Assembly (NCBI GenBank): GCA_023920165.1
Contig: CP089274.1
Coordinates: forward strand, 3,286,001-3,350,000
Direction of reading: 5' to 3'
Source of the DNA: Curvularia clavata
Taxonomy: Eukaryota
Length of the DNA: 64,000 nucleotides
Shown here: positions 24,634 to 36,600 of the stretch, one piece after another
Numbering within the stretch: position 1 is the first letter of the stretch
How the letters are laid out: each line of letters starts with the position of its first letter
The notes under the pieces: model-generated
Seen by the model: only the letters and a program-made list of their open reading frames with translations
The model's database searches: none
What the model was told of the DNA's origin: nothing
Program-made: the position numbers and the translations under genes

Positions 24634-25851
24634 ATGTTCGGCTTCATCGCCGACGGTCTGACGTACGTTTTACCCCGCCCCCACGCTTCTCAATGTTGAG
24701 ACAAGCTCCGCCGGAGCCAACCTCATGTGAACGTGACCGCCCAAAGTGTACATTTCGCATGCTATGCTTTGTTCATGAGTCCTCGGGAACTCTGCAAGGA
24801 TTTCTTTTTTATACGGACGCACAGCTATGAACCAGCTTACTAACAACGCAACAGCGTCGTCACCACAGTCTGCTTCCCCATTTTCGCGTCATACAAAGCC
24901 CTCCATACCTCAGACCCGGCCCTCCTCGCACCGTGGCTGATATATTTTGTCGTCCTATCTGCCTGCACAACCATAGAGAATACCTTCGACTTCATCCTGA
25001 GCTGGGTACCCTTCTACTCATGGATCCGGTTCTTCGCACACCTCTACCTGATCCTACCCGGATCCCAGGGTGCCAACTACATCTACCAGGAGCACATGGA
25101 GCCATTCCTATACCACCATGAGAAGGAGATTGATGATTTCATAACCCAAAGCCATGACCGGGCCAAAGCGGCAGGTATGGCCTATGTCGAGATGGGTATT
25201 GAATGGGTACGCGTCAACCTCCTAGGTTTTGCGCCTCGCAAGCCAGAGGCACCCAGGCCAGCTGGACAGACCTATGCACAAAGCCTGATGAGCAGGTTTC
25301 AGATGCCTGCAGCAAGGGGCAGTAATGACCTGTACGGTCTTGTGAACCAGGCGCTCAGCGGAGCCAGCGCACTATACAATGCCGGCACCGCTGAAACAAG
25401 AAATGCTCAAGCATCCGACCTGAGCCGCGGGGCAGCAAACCTCGTCCCAGATTCGATCCGCAGCAACGAGGACCGACTCAACTACGTTGCATCACAACGT
25501 CAGCGTCTCGAAAGTCTCCTCCAAGCTTTCGACCGCGAGCAAGAAAACATTCGTACACAACAGGCAGGCGGAACACACCATGAAGGCAACAGGAGCAGTG
25601 GCAGTCTCTCACGCAACAGGAGTGAGGCTGAGTTTGATAGAATTGAGCGTGACGAGTTGAGCTCCGGATCAGACCGACCACCATACCCCATCACACCACC
25701 TCCCATGGACCGGAGGACGAGCAGCGGGTGGATGCCATGGAACTGGCAGCGTCAAGACGCACCTCAGGATGACCCCCTTGCATACGGACGTGAGCCGGGT
25801 CAGGTGAGGAACAGGTCAAGGGCATCAGGATTTGATCTTGGGGATCGCTGA
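24634..25851 (+). CDS. TB2/DP1/HVA22 (REEP) family ER membrane-shaping protein with a long C-terminal tail (REEP1-4-like architecture)
   Basis: Exon 24634-24662, intron 24663-24854, exon 24855-25851. FPIFASYKAL..PWLIYFVV..WVPFYSWIR..LYLILPGSQGANYIY..HEKEID. Confidence 0.88.
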
Positions 25852-26103
25852 GGAATGCTCTCCTAACACCCAAAGCCTGTGACATGAATCCAAATTATTT
25901 TCTTCTTTGGCGTTTGGCGGCAAAAGCAGGTGGACGCTCGCCCTCGCGACTGTACGATAGAGCCATGCCTACTCCTCCCAGCTAACTCGTAAACGTGAGT
26001 GAAATGGGCCTGTCCTGGTATTGCTACAACCGATATATGGACATATCTATACATGCATTTGTCAACATGACACTACTCTGTGCCTATGAGCATGCGTTTG
26101 TGT

Positions 26104-27051
26104 CTATATCTTGACTTCCTTGAATGGATACTTTGGACTATCGTCTTTCCTCAACACGATCTTCCTCTTCTTTTTCGTGGTCGCGTGCTCGACCCACACC
26201 TCCTTGGTCATCTTGTTTGTGAACTCACGAATGAAGCGGGGGTCCCAAAGCTCCGAGGCTATGCCCAGGTCCTTGCAGCATCGCATCAAAGCATTGGATT
26301 TGCAACCCTCGGTCGCAGTGGGTATACCGTCGGGATCGAAGTATTGTTGCTCGCCACGTGCTATCGAGACAAGTCTAAACAAGAGTTCATGATCAGCATA
26401 CCGTCATGTCTGGGCTTCTACAGTGTCTTACCGTCCTTGCACAACGAGTCCGTATTCCCTCGTGACCAACTTGCTCGTCACGATACTCTCGCCTCTAGGC
26501 GCGAGACCCCAGCCCCCCGGCCCAAATGCCTTGTTCAGGATGCGCCTGTACTTAATCTCGGGCAGGTAGAGTATGCCGTCGGGCTTGACTTCGACATCGT
26601 CTTGGGAGACGGGCGCGAGCAATGCTTCAGACTGCTCTGGTGTGAAGGATACACTGCCAAGGCCATGGTATGAGCGTGTCCAGTCTATGGCTGGCACACC
26701 TTCTAGTTCAGGTGGCGCATCAGAAAGTCCGTCGGTGAGGGAGCGCTGGGACTGGGCTGCGGCTGCGGCAGAATCTGCGGTAGCGTTACGCGTAGTGGGC
26801 ACTGGAGGCTCTTTGGCGGGGATCTGCGGTGTAACGGTCCGCTGTGAACTCGACGCTGTACTTGAAGACACAGGCTTCGCTGTAGAAGTGGACGATTTTG
26901 CGGCGGCTGCTTTTGGCGGGGTGGCATACGCAGCGCGAATCAGCGACGAAGAGAAGTCCCGACAGCGTGTTCTATACGGCAATGGCTCTGAATGTGTCAG
27001 AGAGCCTCTCAGAAGGGCCGATATGCCCCTATGTACGGGTCTTGCTGCCAT
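26104..27051 (-). CDS. MGM101: Mitochondrial genome maintenance protein Mgm101 (Rad52-related)
   Basis: Arg/Ser-rich presequence, intron 26375-26431. [66 protein letters not shown]. Confidence 0.97.
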
Positions 27052-27659
27052 ATTTCCGTATGGGCTTGGCTGAAGTACTTGTACTGCAATGCGAGGCCAT
27101 GGAGGAACGTCGCCAACGCGAAGTCACGGTCTGATCGACGCACGGGCCCCTACATATGGGGCACCTGCACGGGAATGGGGCGGAACGCGGAAATACGAGC
27201 AGCCGTTCGCCTGAGCCGATCCACTCCGTACTAAAGTTTGTGACCGCTATTATACTGAGTAACATTCCCCATTCAATCGCAAATATGCATAGTACCATCC
27301 GATTGGCTGCACCTCCGTCAGCAAATCGACTAGCTGTCAGTCTAGCTAGTTCGTATGTACCAGGCCGAAGTTTCAGAAGGGGCGACCATGCAGATTGTGC
27401 CTGGGATCAACTCAATCCCATCGATTCAACCAAATACAAGGCGATGATTGGTTTTTAAGGCGTTTCTAGAGATAGCAAGGGCTCAGCATTGTCTAAATTA
27501 ATACTAGAACTAATGCAGTGCTTACAATGTCTCGGTCTGATACCATGTGATAAAATTTACAGCTAACTACAGTCGGTTCCCCCGGATGCAGCGGAAACTC
27601 TCCCATCTTCCTTCTGTCGCCACCAAAGATCTCTTGCGGATGCACGAAACCTTTTGAGG

Positions 27660-29522
27660 ATGGCTTCCATCTTGTCTGTGCTAGGTGGCTTGATCGCTTT
27701 GGTGAGAATTGCCTCAACTGTGGCATCCGTTGGGAGACGCTTCTAGAACACAATGTTAACCGCTAGCAGATTATCCTTCGTTTCGTTCTAAGAGCAATCT
27801 ATCGGGTTTATTTCCATCCTCTGAGCAAGTTCCCAGGACCCAAGAGCTATGCTGCGACACGCATTCCGTTTAACATTGCCGTCTTGAAGGGCTCACGCCA
27901 CAATGTCTTCCAAAATTTGCACCGGAAATACGGGCCAATAGTCCGAATCAATCCTGACGAATTGAGTATCATCGAGCCTGATGCATGGAAAGATGTAAGT
28001 ATGCACTTAAACAGCTTTCTCCGGACCAGCACCGTCTGGAATGTGTAGATAGCTATACGACATCCTACCGACCACAGATACAGCAGCAACAATACAAGCT
28101 CATCTCGTCCCGTTCAATCGTGCTGAAGCCATACATTGGTTACAAGCATGTTACACGGACTGACTTTCTACTCAGATTTACGGCCATGGTACGAAGGGAA
28201 TGCCAGGCTCCGTTCCCCACAAGGCTTGGCACCAATATGGCACTCCTATCAACGGCTCCATTGACATGCTCACTGCACAAAGTGACAAAGACCACATCCG
28301 CCAAAGGAAGATCTTCACTCCGGCATTCTCAGACCGCGCGCTCAAGCAGCAAGAACCTCTCTTTCGCAAATACATCAACAAACTTGTTCGCAAGTTACAA
28401 GAGGGCGTTCAAGAGGATCCCGACAAGAAGTTCAACCTCGTTGCAATGTACAACTTCACTACGTTTGATGTTATGGTAACTTCAACTTTCGTGTATACTA
28501 AAATAGGTTCTAACCTAATATTAGGGCGACTGGACTTTTGGCGAGTCTCTTCACATGCTGGACAACTCCGAATACGATCCTTGGGTCAAGACCATATTTG
28601 ACTCTCTCAGAATCTCGAGCTCCTTGAGTATACTACGAAAGTACCCGTTAGCAATGCAACTCTTTAAAAAATTTGCACCGGCCTCCATAGAAAAGAAACG
28701 AAGAGATCATTTCTCCCATTCCACCACACGTGTCACGAAGCGACTCGAGAAAGGCCACAATAGCGAAGGCACCGATTTGTGGGATCTAGTCCTTAGCCAA
28801 AAGGACGGCAACGGTTTGACCAGACCCGAAATGGACGCAAACTCGTCGCTCTTCATGGTTGCGGGAACAGAGACAACGGCGACAATCTTGTCAGGTTTGA
28901 CATACCTGCTCCTCCGCAACCCAGAATGGATGAAGAAACTGGAAGAAGAGATCCGCACCCAGTTCAAGAGCGCTGATGAAATGACAATGGAGCGCCTTGC
29001 CGCGCTGCCTTATCTCGGTGCTTGTATCAAGGAGAGCTTCCGCATTTACCCGTCCGTACCCCTTAGTCTGCCTCGACAGACACCAGCCGACGGTAGTACA
29101 ATCTGCGGCACATATGTGCCCCCAAATACCATTGTGGCAATCCCTCAATATGCCATGTATATGAGCGAGCGCAACTTCAAGAGGCCAACAGAGTTCCTTC
29201 CACAGCGATGGCTCGGCGACCGCGAGTTTGACGACGATCAGAGGCAGTGTCTTCAGCCGTTTTCTGTTGGATCTAGGGATTGCCTTGGCAAGAAGTAAGT
29301 CTCCACTATTTGATTTATACTTTAAAAAAAGAAGAGGACGAGTGTTTTTGCTGACACATGACTTCCAGTATGGCATACCACGAAATGCGCCTCATCGCTG
29401 CCAATGTCCTTTACCACTTTGACATTGAGCTGTGCCCCGAAAGTGAAGATTGGATCGACCAGCGTACGTATATCCTGTGGCAGAAGAAACCGCTCATTTG
29501 CAAGCTCAGGCCGGTCAATTAG
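27660..29522 (+). CDS. Cytochrome P450 monooxygenase (fungal; resembles the CYP65/Tri11-like group)
   Basis: Exons 27660-27701, 27770-27994, 28176-28475, 28525-29294, 29369-29522. Motifs FHPLSKFPGP, YGPIVRINPDELS, AGTETT (I helix), ESFR (ExxR), FLPQRW and heme motif PFSVGSRDCLGKNMA. Confidence 0.93.
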
Positions 29523-29786
29523 TGTGATTTTGGGCTTTTTGGTCGGTTGGTGGGCTGAGTAGTCTGGTGATGGACAATATGTGAAGGTTTTCTTTTCACC
29601 TCAGTCGTGGACATTCGAAATAACTAGTTCAACTCAATAGCCTTTCGTTAAGACTTTTTTGTTTTTTTTGTTTTCTCAGACACACAAATTGAAAACTTCT
29701 ATTCTCACCACATCTACTTCTATACTACCACAGCTTGATCCTGTATCCATTTCTCTTCTCCACTAAACCAATGCAGAATCTCAATT

Positions 29787-32287
29787 TTACTTGCTCTTAG
29801 TCTCCGTGATGCCCACATCCTCGACGCGCAGCAACCCGGACCCCATACCCGCCACAGCCCACGTCCCATACTTGAGATTCGGATTCCACGCCAGCGCTGT
29901 GATAGCAGATTGCTCTTCAAAAATGCTAATCGATCGACCAATCTCCGGATTGCCTTTTCGCTTCGATACTGCGCTATGCGCGATGCCTGTTTGCACGGAC
30001 TTATAGCCTTCTGAGATGCGGACGAGAGGCTGGGTGAACGTATCTTTGGGCAGCGCAGCGCTGGTACCTTGCTCGACTGACGCTGCTACATCTTCAGACA
30101 TGTCGACATCGGCGTTCTCAGTGCTGGGCTTGACGAGCATTCTGCCTACTGGGCCCCGCCACTCATGCACGAACCATTTCTGCTGCCACGGAACAACCTT
30201 GTAGTTTGCGATGCGCGACACGGGGTTGCTGGTCTGGACGTCACCGTCTGTACCGCCGACAAGCACGCCTGGGTGCACAGGACTCGTGGCAACACGCGTG
30301 ATGGTGTTCTCCAGTCGCATGCTATATAGGTTGTGGTAGTAGCGTCGGATGGGCGTGTGGCGGAGGATGTAGTGTTCGTCTGGCATGACAAACGACTGCG
30401 TGTGTTCGTGCCATGCTTGTGTTAGACACAGCGTTCGACCGCGTATCGAAGCCGTCGTGTCGGCGTTTGGGCCTCGGAGGTCGAAGAGACGGGCGAAACC
30501 GTCGGCGGTGCTGATGGAGAGGAATTGTGGGTTGGAAGGCCATGCAGAGGATATAGTGAGAATGAAGGTATCGGCGAGTTGCTGGTAGAACCAGGGTCGA
30601 GGGTAGTGCTCGTTGGTGTGACTTGTTGATAAGGTTCCTGGTTGATCCAACGACCATATCGCAACGGTACCTGCCGCGGTTGCGACTGCAAGCGTGGTTC
30701 CTGATAGCCAGTGGAGACAGGATGGGACTGTCTGGGGAATTGATACCTCAAAAGCTGCACGGGAAAAGTGTAAGTAGGTGGTTGTTTCGTCGTCTTGGAG
30801 TTGACGCTTGGGTGCACACAGGTCCAGTATACGGACGTGTCCATCGGAGCAGATAACCGCAAGTATGCCGATATGGGTTTCGTTTTCAATATCAAATTCT
30901 ACGTCCGTGTTTGTTGCTGCGACTGGGCCCCATCGAAGTTGTTTAGGTGCACCCCAGTCGGCACAAATCACAAGTTCAAGTCTGGGTTCTTTCGAAGCAT
31001 CAAGCTCCCCTTCGTCGGTTGCTTCAAATGCCCATATCTGTATGGAAGCTGGATATGGCTCAGTAGCGCTAAAAGCTGGTGCTTTTGGTTGCTCCATTGG
31101 TTTTGGCTGCTCTTCGCCTGTCGGTTGCTGTTCAACAGCGACGGCGAGATACTGCGTCCGGCTGTCTTCCTTGGTCGCCCATTGTGCGTCTTGCACTCTG
31201 GAGCCAAGATTGAATATCCAGCCCCGCCTGCTGCTGTTATTGGGAAAAGACTGGGCAATATTCAGATGCGTGCCCTTTCCAAGAGCGTCAACCCGGGGGG
31301 CTGTCACAGGCCCAGTCAATACGTTCAGACTCTCTGGCCCAGCGGTCCGCATGTAACCCTTGGCTTCATTCGGGCTCAGCTTCTTATTCAACTGCGCTGC
31401 CTTAAATGCGTGTCTTCCATCGCGCCCGTACCATTCTTTCATCATTTGATTTTCTTTCTCTCTAGCCCCTTGCTTTTCGAAGAAGCTTCTCCTCAAACTC
31501 TTGAAATGACCATTAGCAGGCTTTCGAATTGGAAATGTTTCCTGGGCATTCCAATAGTCGCGTGACGATAGCACAGGCTTGAGATGATGTCCATCTGGCC
31601 CGAACAGGTTTTTCAAGCGTGGCTCATGTCCACCAACTTTGTCGAAATCAGGTATACCTCGTGTGCGTAACTTGTTCTCCGAATCCACATCGCGCACCTT
31701 GACACCACGCCCCTTGGAGAACTTGACAGGTGATGGGACATGCTCTGTAGCTGACGTATCACGCTGAAGGAGGGAGGCTTTTGGTTTGGCAGGGACCGCC
31801 TTTGAGCTACGAGCACCGCGTTTTGGCGTTACCAGGCTATTGTCTGAGTCTTCCCCATCTTCTTCCCCATCTTCTTCCTCTTCCTCTTCTACGTCATCTT
31901 CAAGGTCATCCTCGGCTTCCTCTTCCTGGGCGTCGGGCATGAAATCGTCCTCGTCTTCATCGTCATCATGGAAGGCTGGAGTTTGGCCCTTGGATGGCGT
32001 GGCCCCATCCTCTTCGTCGAGGAACGAATACTCATCCTCAACGCGGTACGACTTGCGACGATTCCCTCGCGATTGTCTGGGCGACGAGTGATCTGCATGT
32101 CAATGTTAGCCTTGTCAGGTGATTTGCGCGTCGCGTCGGCAGGCTTTTATTTTTATATTTTTCTCTGCTGAGACCAAGCATCTTCGGCGCGTGCCAGTTT
32201 CCGCAGCAAAGAAGAAAATTGATATTAAAAGACTCGAGAGATAATCTCTTGCAACCAGCAAAATCTGAACGTACCTGCTGCGGGCAT
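29787..32287 (-). CDS. WD40/beta-propeller protein, probable RNA polymerase III factor TFIIIC subunit (Tfc6/Sfc6-like)
   Basis: Exon 32275-32287 (ATG CCC GCA GCA G), intron 32093-32274, exon 29787-32092. Basic then acidic N-terminus, GWIFNLG, QYLAVA, SIQIW, and C-terminal ITALAWNPN..GTWAVAGMGSGLLRVED. Confidence 0.75.
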
Positions 32288-32544
32288 GCTGAGTGCTTGC
32301 TGTGTGTCGACCGATTGGGTAAGGCAAGAGCATTCAAACCACGACCAAAATGTCTGCCCCGCCTCTAGTATGCGCACAGACCATGTGACCCCGCACCTGC
32401 CCAAATTACGATGCAATAACATCCACCACCCAAATCGATCTCCCAACTATGTGAACCATCCAAACGCTCTTTTTTCCATCAAAATACCATCCGGTGGTAT
32501 GGTCTAGTGGTATGACGTCGCGTTGTGGCTGGCGGACAATTTAA

Positions 32545-33280
32545 CTTGTCCCGATCCAGATCCGCGCCAGCCTGGGTTCGAGTACGTTCCTTTCCACACA
32601 TTGGCGGTCCTGAGACATTACTAACATGTCTACAGTTCCCAGTACCGCCAAATAGCGACACTTTTTTTTTGCAGTGGCTAGAGGCACGCCGCTTTTTTTG
32701 CTGTAGGTGAAGGTGGGGCCGCTCTTTTTCTACTATAGATTGAAGATAGAAATAGTTCTTTTTTACTATAGGCTAAAGGTGGGAGCAGTTCTGCTTTGCT
32801 GTGGCTGGAGGCGGGTCGCTCTTTTTTGCTATAGATTGAAGACGGAAATAGTTCTTTTTTACTCTAGGCTGAAGGCGGGGCCGCTATTTTTGCTAATTTT
32901 TACGGAGGGGTTGAGGATGATGTTTTTGCGTCTTTGTTGGGGCTTGTTGGTGTATACGGTTATACTATCTACAATGTTGAAGCTTCTTATAATAAATGTA
33001 TATGAACCACTCTAATATCCTCTTATCCTCTTATCTTGGGTTGTGTCGAGAGCAACAGGAACTTGTTTTGCAGCTTTCCCTCTACATCCTAACCTTGGAG
33101 ATAAATCATACTAATAGTAGAACATACCCAAGGCTAGTCTTTGTGTCTCTTGATAGTCTTGACATACATACGCTATATTCAGTTCATTTACTTTATGCTA
33201 GAAAGCGGGCCGAACTTCGTCGTGTTTTTACAGTCGTGCAACAGCCAGACGTTCACCCAGTTCAACGTCAATAGATCTAA
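32545..33280 (-). pseudogene. Probable RIP-mutated relic of a gene or element that includes the tandem repeat
   Basis: TpA-rich. One minus-strand frame (SIDVELGERLAVARL*KHDEVRPAF*HKVNELN..) is interrupted only by TAA/TAG stops, as expected from CAA/CAG by CpA>TpA mutation. Confidence 0.45.
32662..32895. repeat. Degenerate tandem repeat of about 7 units of 30-34 bp, copies differing largely by transitions
   Basis: Units such as TTTTTTGCTGTAGGTGAAGGTGGGGCCGCTC, TTTTTTACTATAGGCTAAAGGTGGGAGCAGTTC, TTTTTTGCTATAGATTGAAGACGGAAATAGTTC. Confidence 0.85.
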
Positions 33281-33603
33281 GACAGCCAAAACTTCAACGA
33301 CCATTCACAAGTAGACATGGAAGCATTTCTGGAGATGAACCGCCATGTGCGCATTACATATGCATACACGTCCTATGAAACCGGGTATCTAAAGCCGAGA
33401 ATGTAAACAATAAAAGATACACGCAATATACCCTGTCCACAGTACGCCCACATTGAAACAAGAGTACGGAAGTGCGCTACTATCCGACATGTGACACTAC
33501 AGCGATGGTGTAGCAGCAACAAACAAAAACAAACGAAAACAAATGTGACAAGCCCTAAAGAGCTGTCTACCGAAATGCGACATACAAGGAAAGTCTCCAC
33601 TTT

Positions 33604-36600
33604 CTAGTCCACATCCATCTTGTCTTCATCTCGCGCCTTCACTGGCCTTGTGGTAGTAACGTGGATCGTGTCGCTTTCCATAGCTTCGTCGTCATCGGAA
33701 CCATCCTCGCCCTGTTCGGTCTCTTCGGACTTGTCCGCAGGAGCTGACTTTGCAGCAGCTAGATGCGGAAACAATGGCTTGCTCAAAGCGGCAATAGAAG
33801 CCGACCGACGTAAGTTATCGTTCTGCACTTCTTGGTGGATCTCTTCAACCTCATCTTCATCCAGCTCGCTCAGTTCGCTTTCATCGTCAGCATCGTCATG
33901 GACTGATGCTGGTGCACTGGGCGCGGGCTCGTCATTATTCACACTTGGAGCAGCGGTGGCAGTTTCGCTCTTGTCAAAGGAGGGTTGAGCATCCCCAGTC
34001 GATGTGTTTGGCTCAGCAACTGGCGGAGCGGTCTTGTCCGGTGACGTTGCTTGATCGCCGGCGGCGGGTGCAGTAGCATCGACGGGTGGAGGAGATCGGA
34101 TCGGCATCGACGTGGGTTGAGTAGAGCTACTGGCAGTCTTCTGAACGCATGCTTCAGCCCTTCTTGCAATCTCCCTGCGACCAACTGCCTTGGTCCTAGA
34201 CTTTGCAGGCTGCTCAGCTTGCGACACTATCTGAGGAGTCTGCGTAGGATGCTGAGGTGGGATTTGGTTGGCATGATACATGCTAAAAGGTGCTCCGGTG
34301 CTTCCTTCTGCTGGACCATCCACTTGGACTTGCATCAAGGATGAGATTGGTACGGCCCCTGTAGATGTTCCAGGACCACCGAAAGGCGTTGGTCGAGGTT
34401 GAGAAAGCAGGGTCTGTTGCTGTAATTGTTGTTGTTGCTGCTGCTGCTGCTGCTGTTGTTGTTGCTGCTGTTGCTCCGATGGTAGCGGTGATAAAGTGGG
34501 ACCGACTGTTGTGTATAGCATCGCATAGGTATCTCCAATGAGATCATCAATAAGGAGAGGCTTCATCATGCCGTTGTTGAGGCGTTTGAGTTCGATCGCG
34601 TCGCGAAGAATGTCCAGAATGGGATGTTGCGTAGCTGCGTTCTGACACCACGCTTCCAAACGGAGAGCAAGTATGTTGAACTCATCATGGTTGACGGATT
34701 TGAAAGCCGAGTCTTCTTGGCCCTCAGACACACTCCCCATTCTTCGTAACAGCTTGAGATAAACCAGGCAAAGCTCCTGCCACAGCTTCTGGTGTTCAAA
34801 AAAGTCTGTCTGTTTCCGTCGTACGCGTTTGGCAAGCGCTTCAAAGTTGGCCTTGTCACCGGTCAAGTCCAGAAGTTCAATGAAGAATTTGGTGTAGCGA
34901 GTAGTGAAGACAAAATGCCTGCCAGGCCTCTCGTTTTCGGGCTTCCAGACCTGAACAGCCATGGTCTTAGTGAACATCTGCTGCATGAGTTCATGCTTAG
35001 CGTCTTGAGCCACAGACGGACTCTTTTCCTCGTCGTATATTGTGTGAGCAATGCGTGATATGACTCGGTGGTGCCAGCTCGACTTGTCAGCTGTGCGTAG
35101 CGCCTTTAAAATACTGAGGATGTATCGCTGCCAGTCCGCATCGTTTTCCGGAGCTTTGACGTTCTGAGCATACGTTGTGTTCGAGAGGATCTCAACACCT
35201 TTTTCGTAACTGATGGCTTTACGCTGAAACAGCTTATGGGTGACAGACACTAGCTTGTAGTGAGGCTCAAGAATCGGCTCACCACTTCGTCCTTTCTTTC
35301 CAGGTAAAGTCTCAATCGCACTGACGAATGCCTCGATGACGGATTCCCAGCTGGGACCACGTTGCGGTGCAGCAGACATGCCGTCCGACATTGCATGATG
35401 CATGGTGTTATCGTTGCTCGACCACATTTTCCACCCACACTTGCCAAGCATATAATGATTCCACCACTTGTTCGGATTCCCTTTGATGGCACGTTTGAAG
35501 AGTGTACCTGCAAACTTCCAAGCTGTGTAGGCCTCCAATGGGGCAAATGCAAGCCCTTTGATCAAGGTTGCACTGCTCTGGACATTGCAGAATCGCTTCT
35601 CATTCTCTCGAATTTGGAAGGCTTCCATCCTAAAAGGCTCTCTGGAAGATGCGTATATGCGATTGCCAAACTCCGTGTACATCTGCGCAATCTTGCTCTG
35701 AAAGTTTGGTCCTACATCAGGATTACGCACAGCACAAGCTACAGCCATGATGTAACAGTTAATGGCAGCACGTTGGAAATTGACCACATCGGCGCTGTTG
35801 CTGTTCATCTTGTCCGCGTTCCATGAGACCGCCTCCTCGAGCTGCGTGTCGTTTGCTTGCGCAAGGCGGTACCATGTCTCCCAACGCTCAGTGGAGTGCT
35901 CTAGATCCTGCACGAAGAATGCTTGGGCGTAGTTCAAGTCTTCTGTGGGCCCCTGTGTCATGCGCTTCTGTGACTTGAACTTACTGAGTGCGATGTTTCC
36001 CATCATGTAATACCAACCTTTGGATGCAGCAACCGCATCTTCGGCAGGAATGTGCTTGGTCGCAAGGGAGCCGACACCCTTCAAGCACCCGAACAATTCG
36101 ACCGGGTTGACAGGCGATTTGAAGTATGACGAGATTACCTTGCGATTGTATGTCACATCCTCGTTCTGCTTGGGTCGACCTAGGGCTGAATGTATCTTTT
36201 CAATACTTGCTTTGAGTTCAGTCTTTGGCAAATCTTTCAGGTCGACCTTTGCAGCTTGCGACATAGCAAACGATAAGATGCTGAAAGCGGTCTTTTTGTC
36301 GATAGCGTCTGGCGTAGTTTGGAAATCCTGGCATTCCAAAGGCTCGATAAATAGTTTCAGGCCATACAGGTCGTGAAGGACCTGACACAGCTCAGTAGCA
36401 TGGCTGTGGCCGTCAATAATATCGTCAAGGCGGAGCAACTCGTCCTTCGCAAGTCTCAGGAATTGGCGGTTCGAGAGATGACAAAAGGCTCGCACACCAG
36501 TAGCATGGTGCACATGACGGATATACTCGAACAGATCCTCGGAAGGAGTAGGAAAGCTTTCAGAATCTTGGGACAAACCATCTTTGAGCAGATGATACTG

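Noticed and set aside
28525..28545. GDWTFGE in the P450 where GDLxFGE is more usual
   Set aside because: A single substitution that could be polymorphism or base-call error; catalytic motifs are intact.
30795..31565. 256-aa and 182-aa + strand ORFs
   Set aside because: Antisense to the TFIIIC-like gene; no independent evidence.
32662..32895. Repeat array superficially like a CRISPR array, and the hydrophobic + strand ORF 32707-33015
   Set aside because: Eukaryotic context, no unique spacers and no cas genes. The ORF's periodic F/Y/L content follows from the T-rich repeat.
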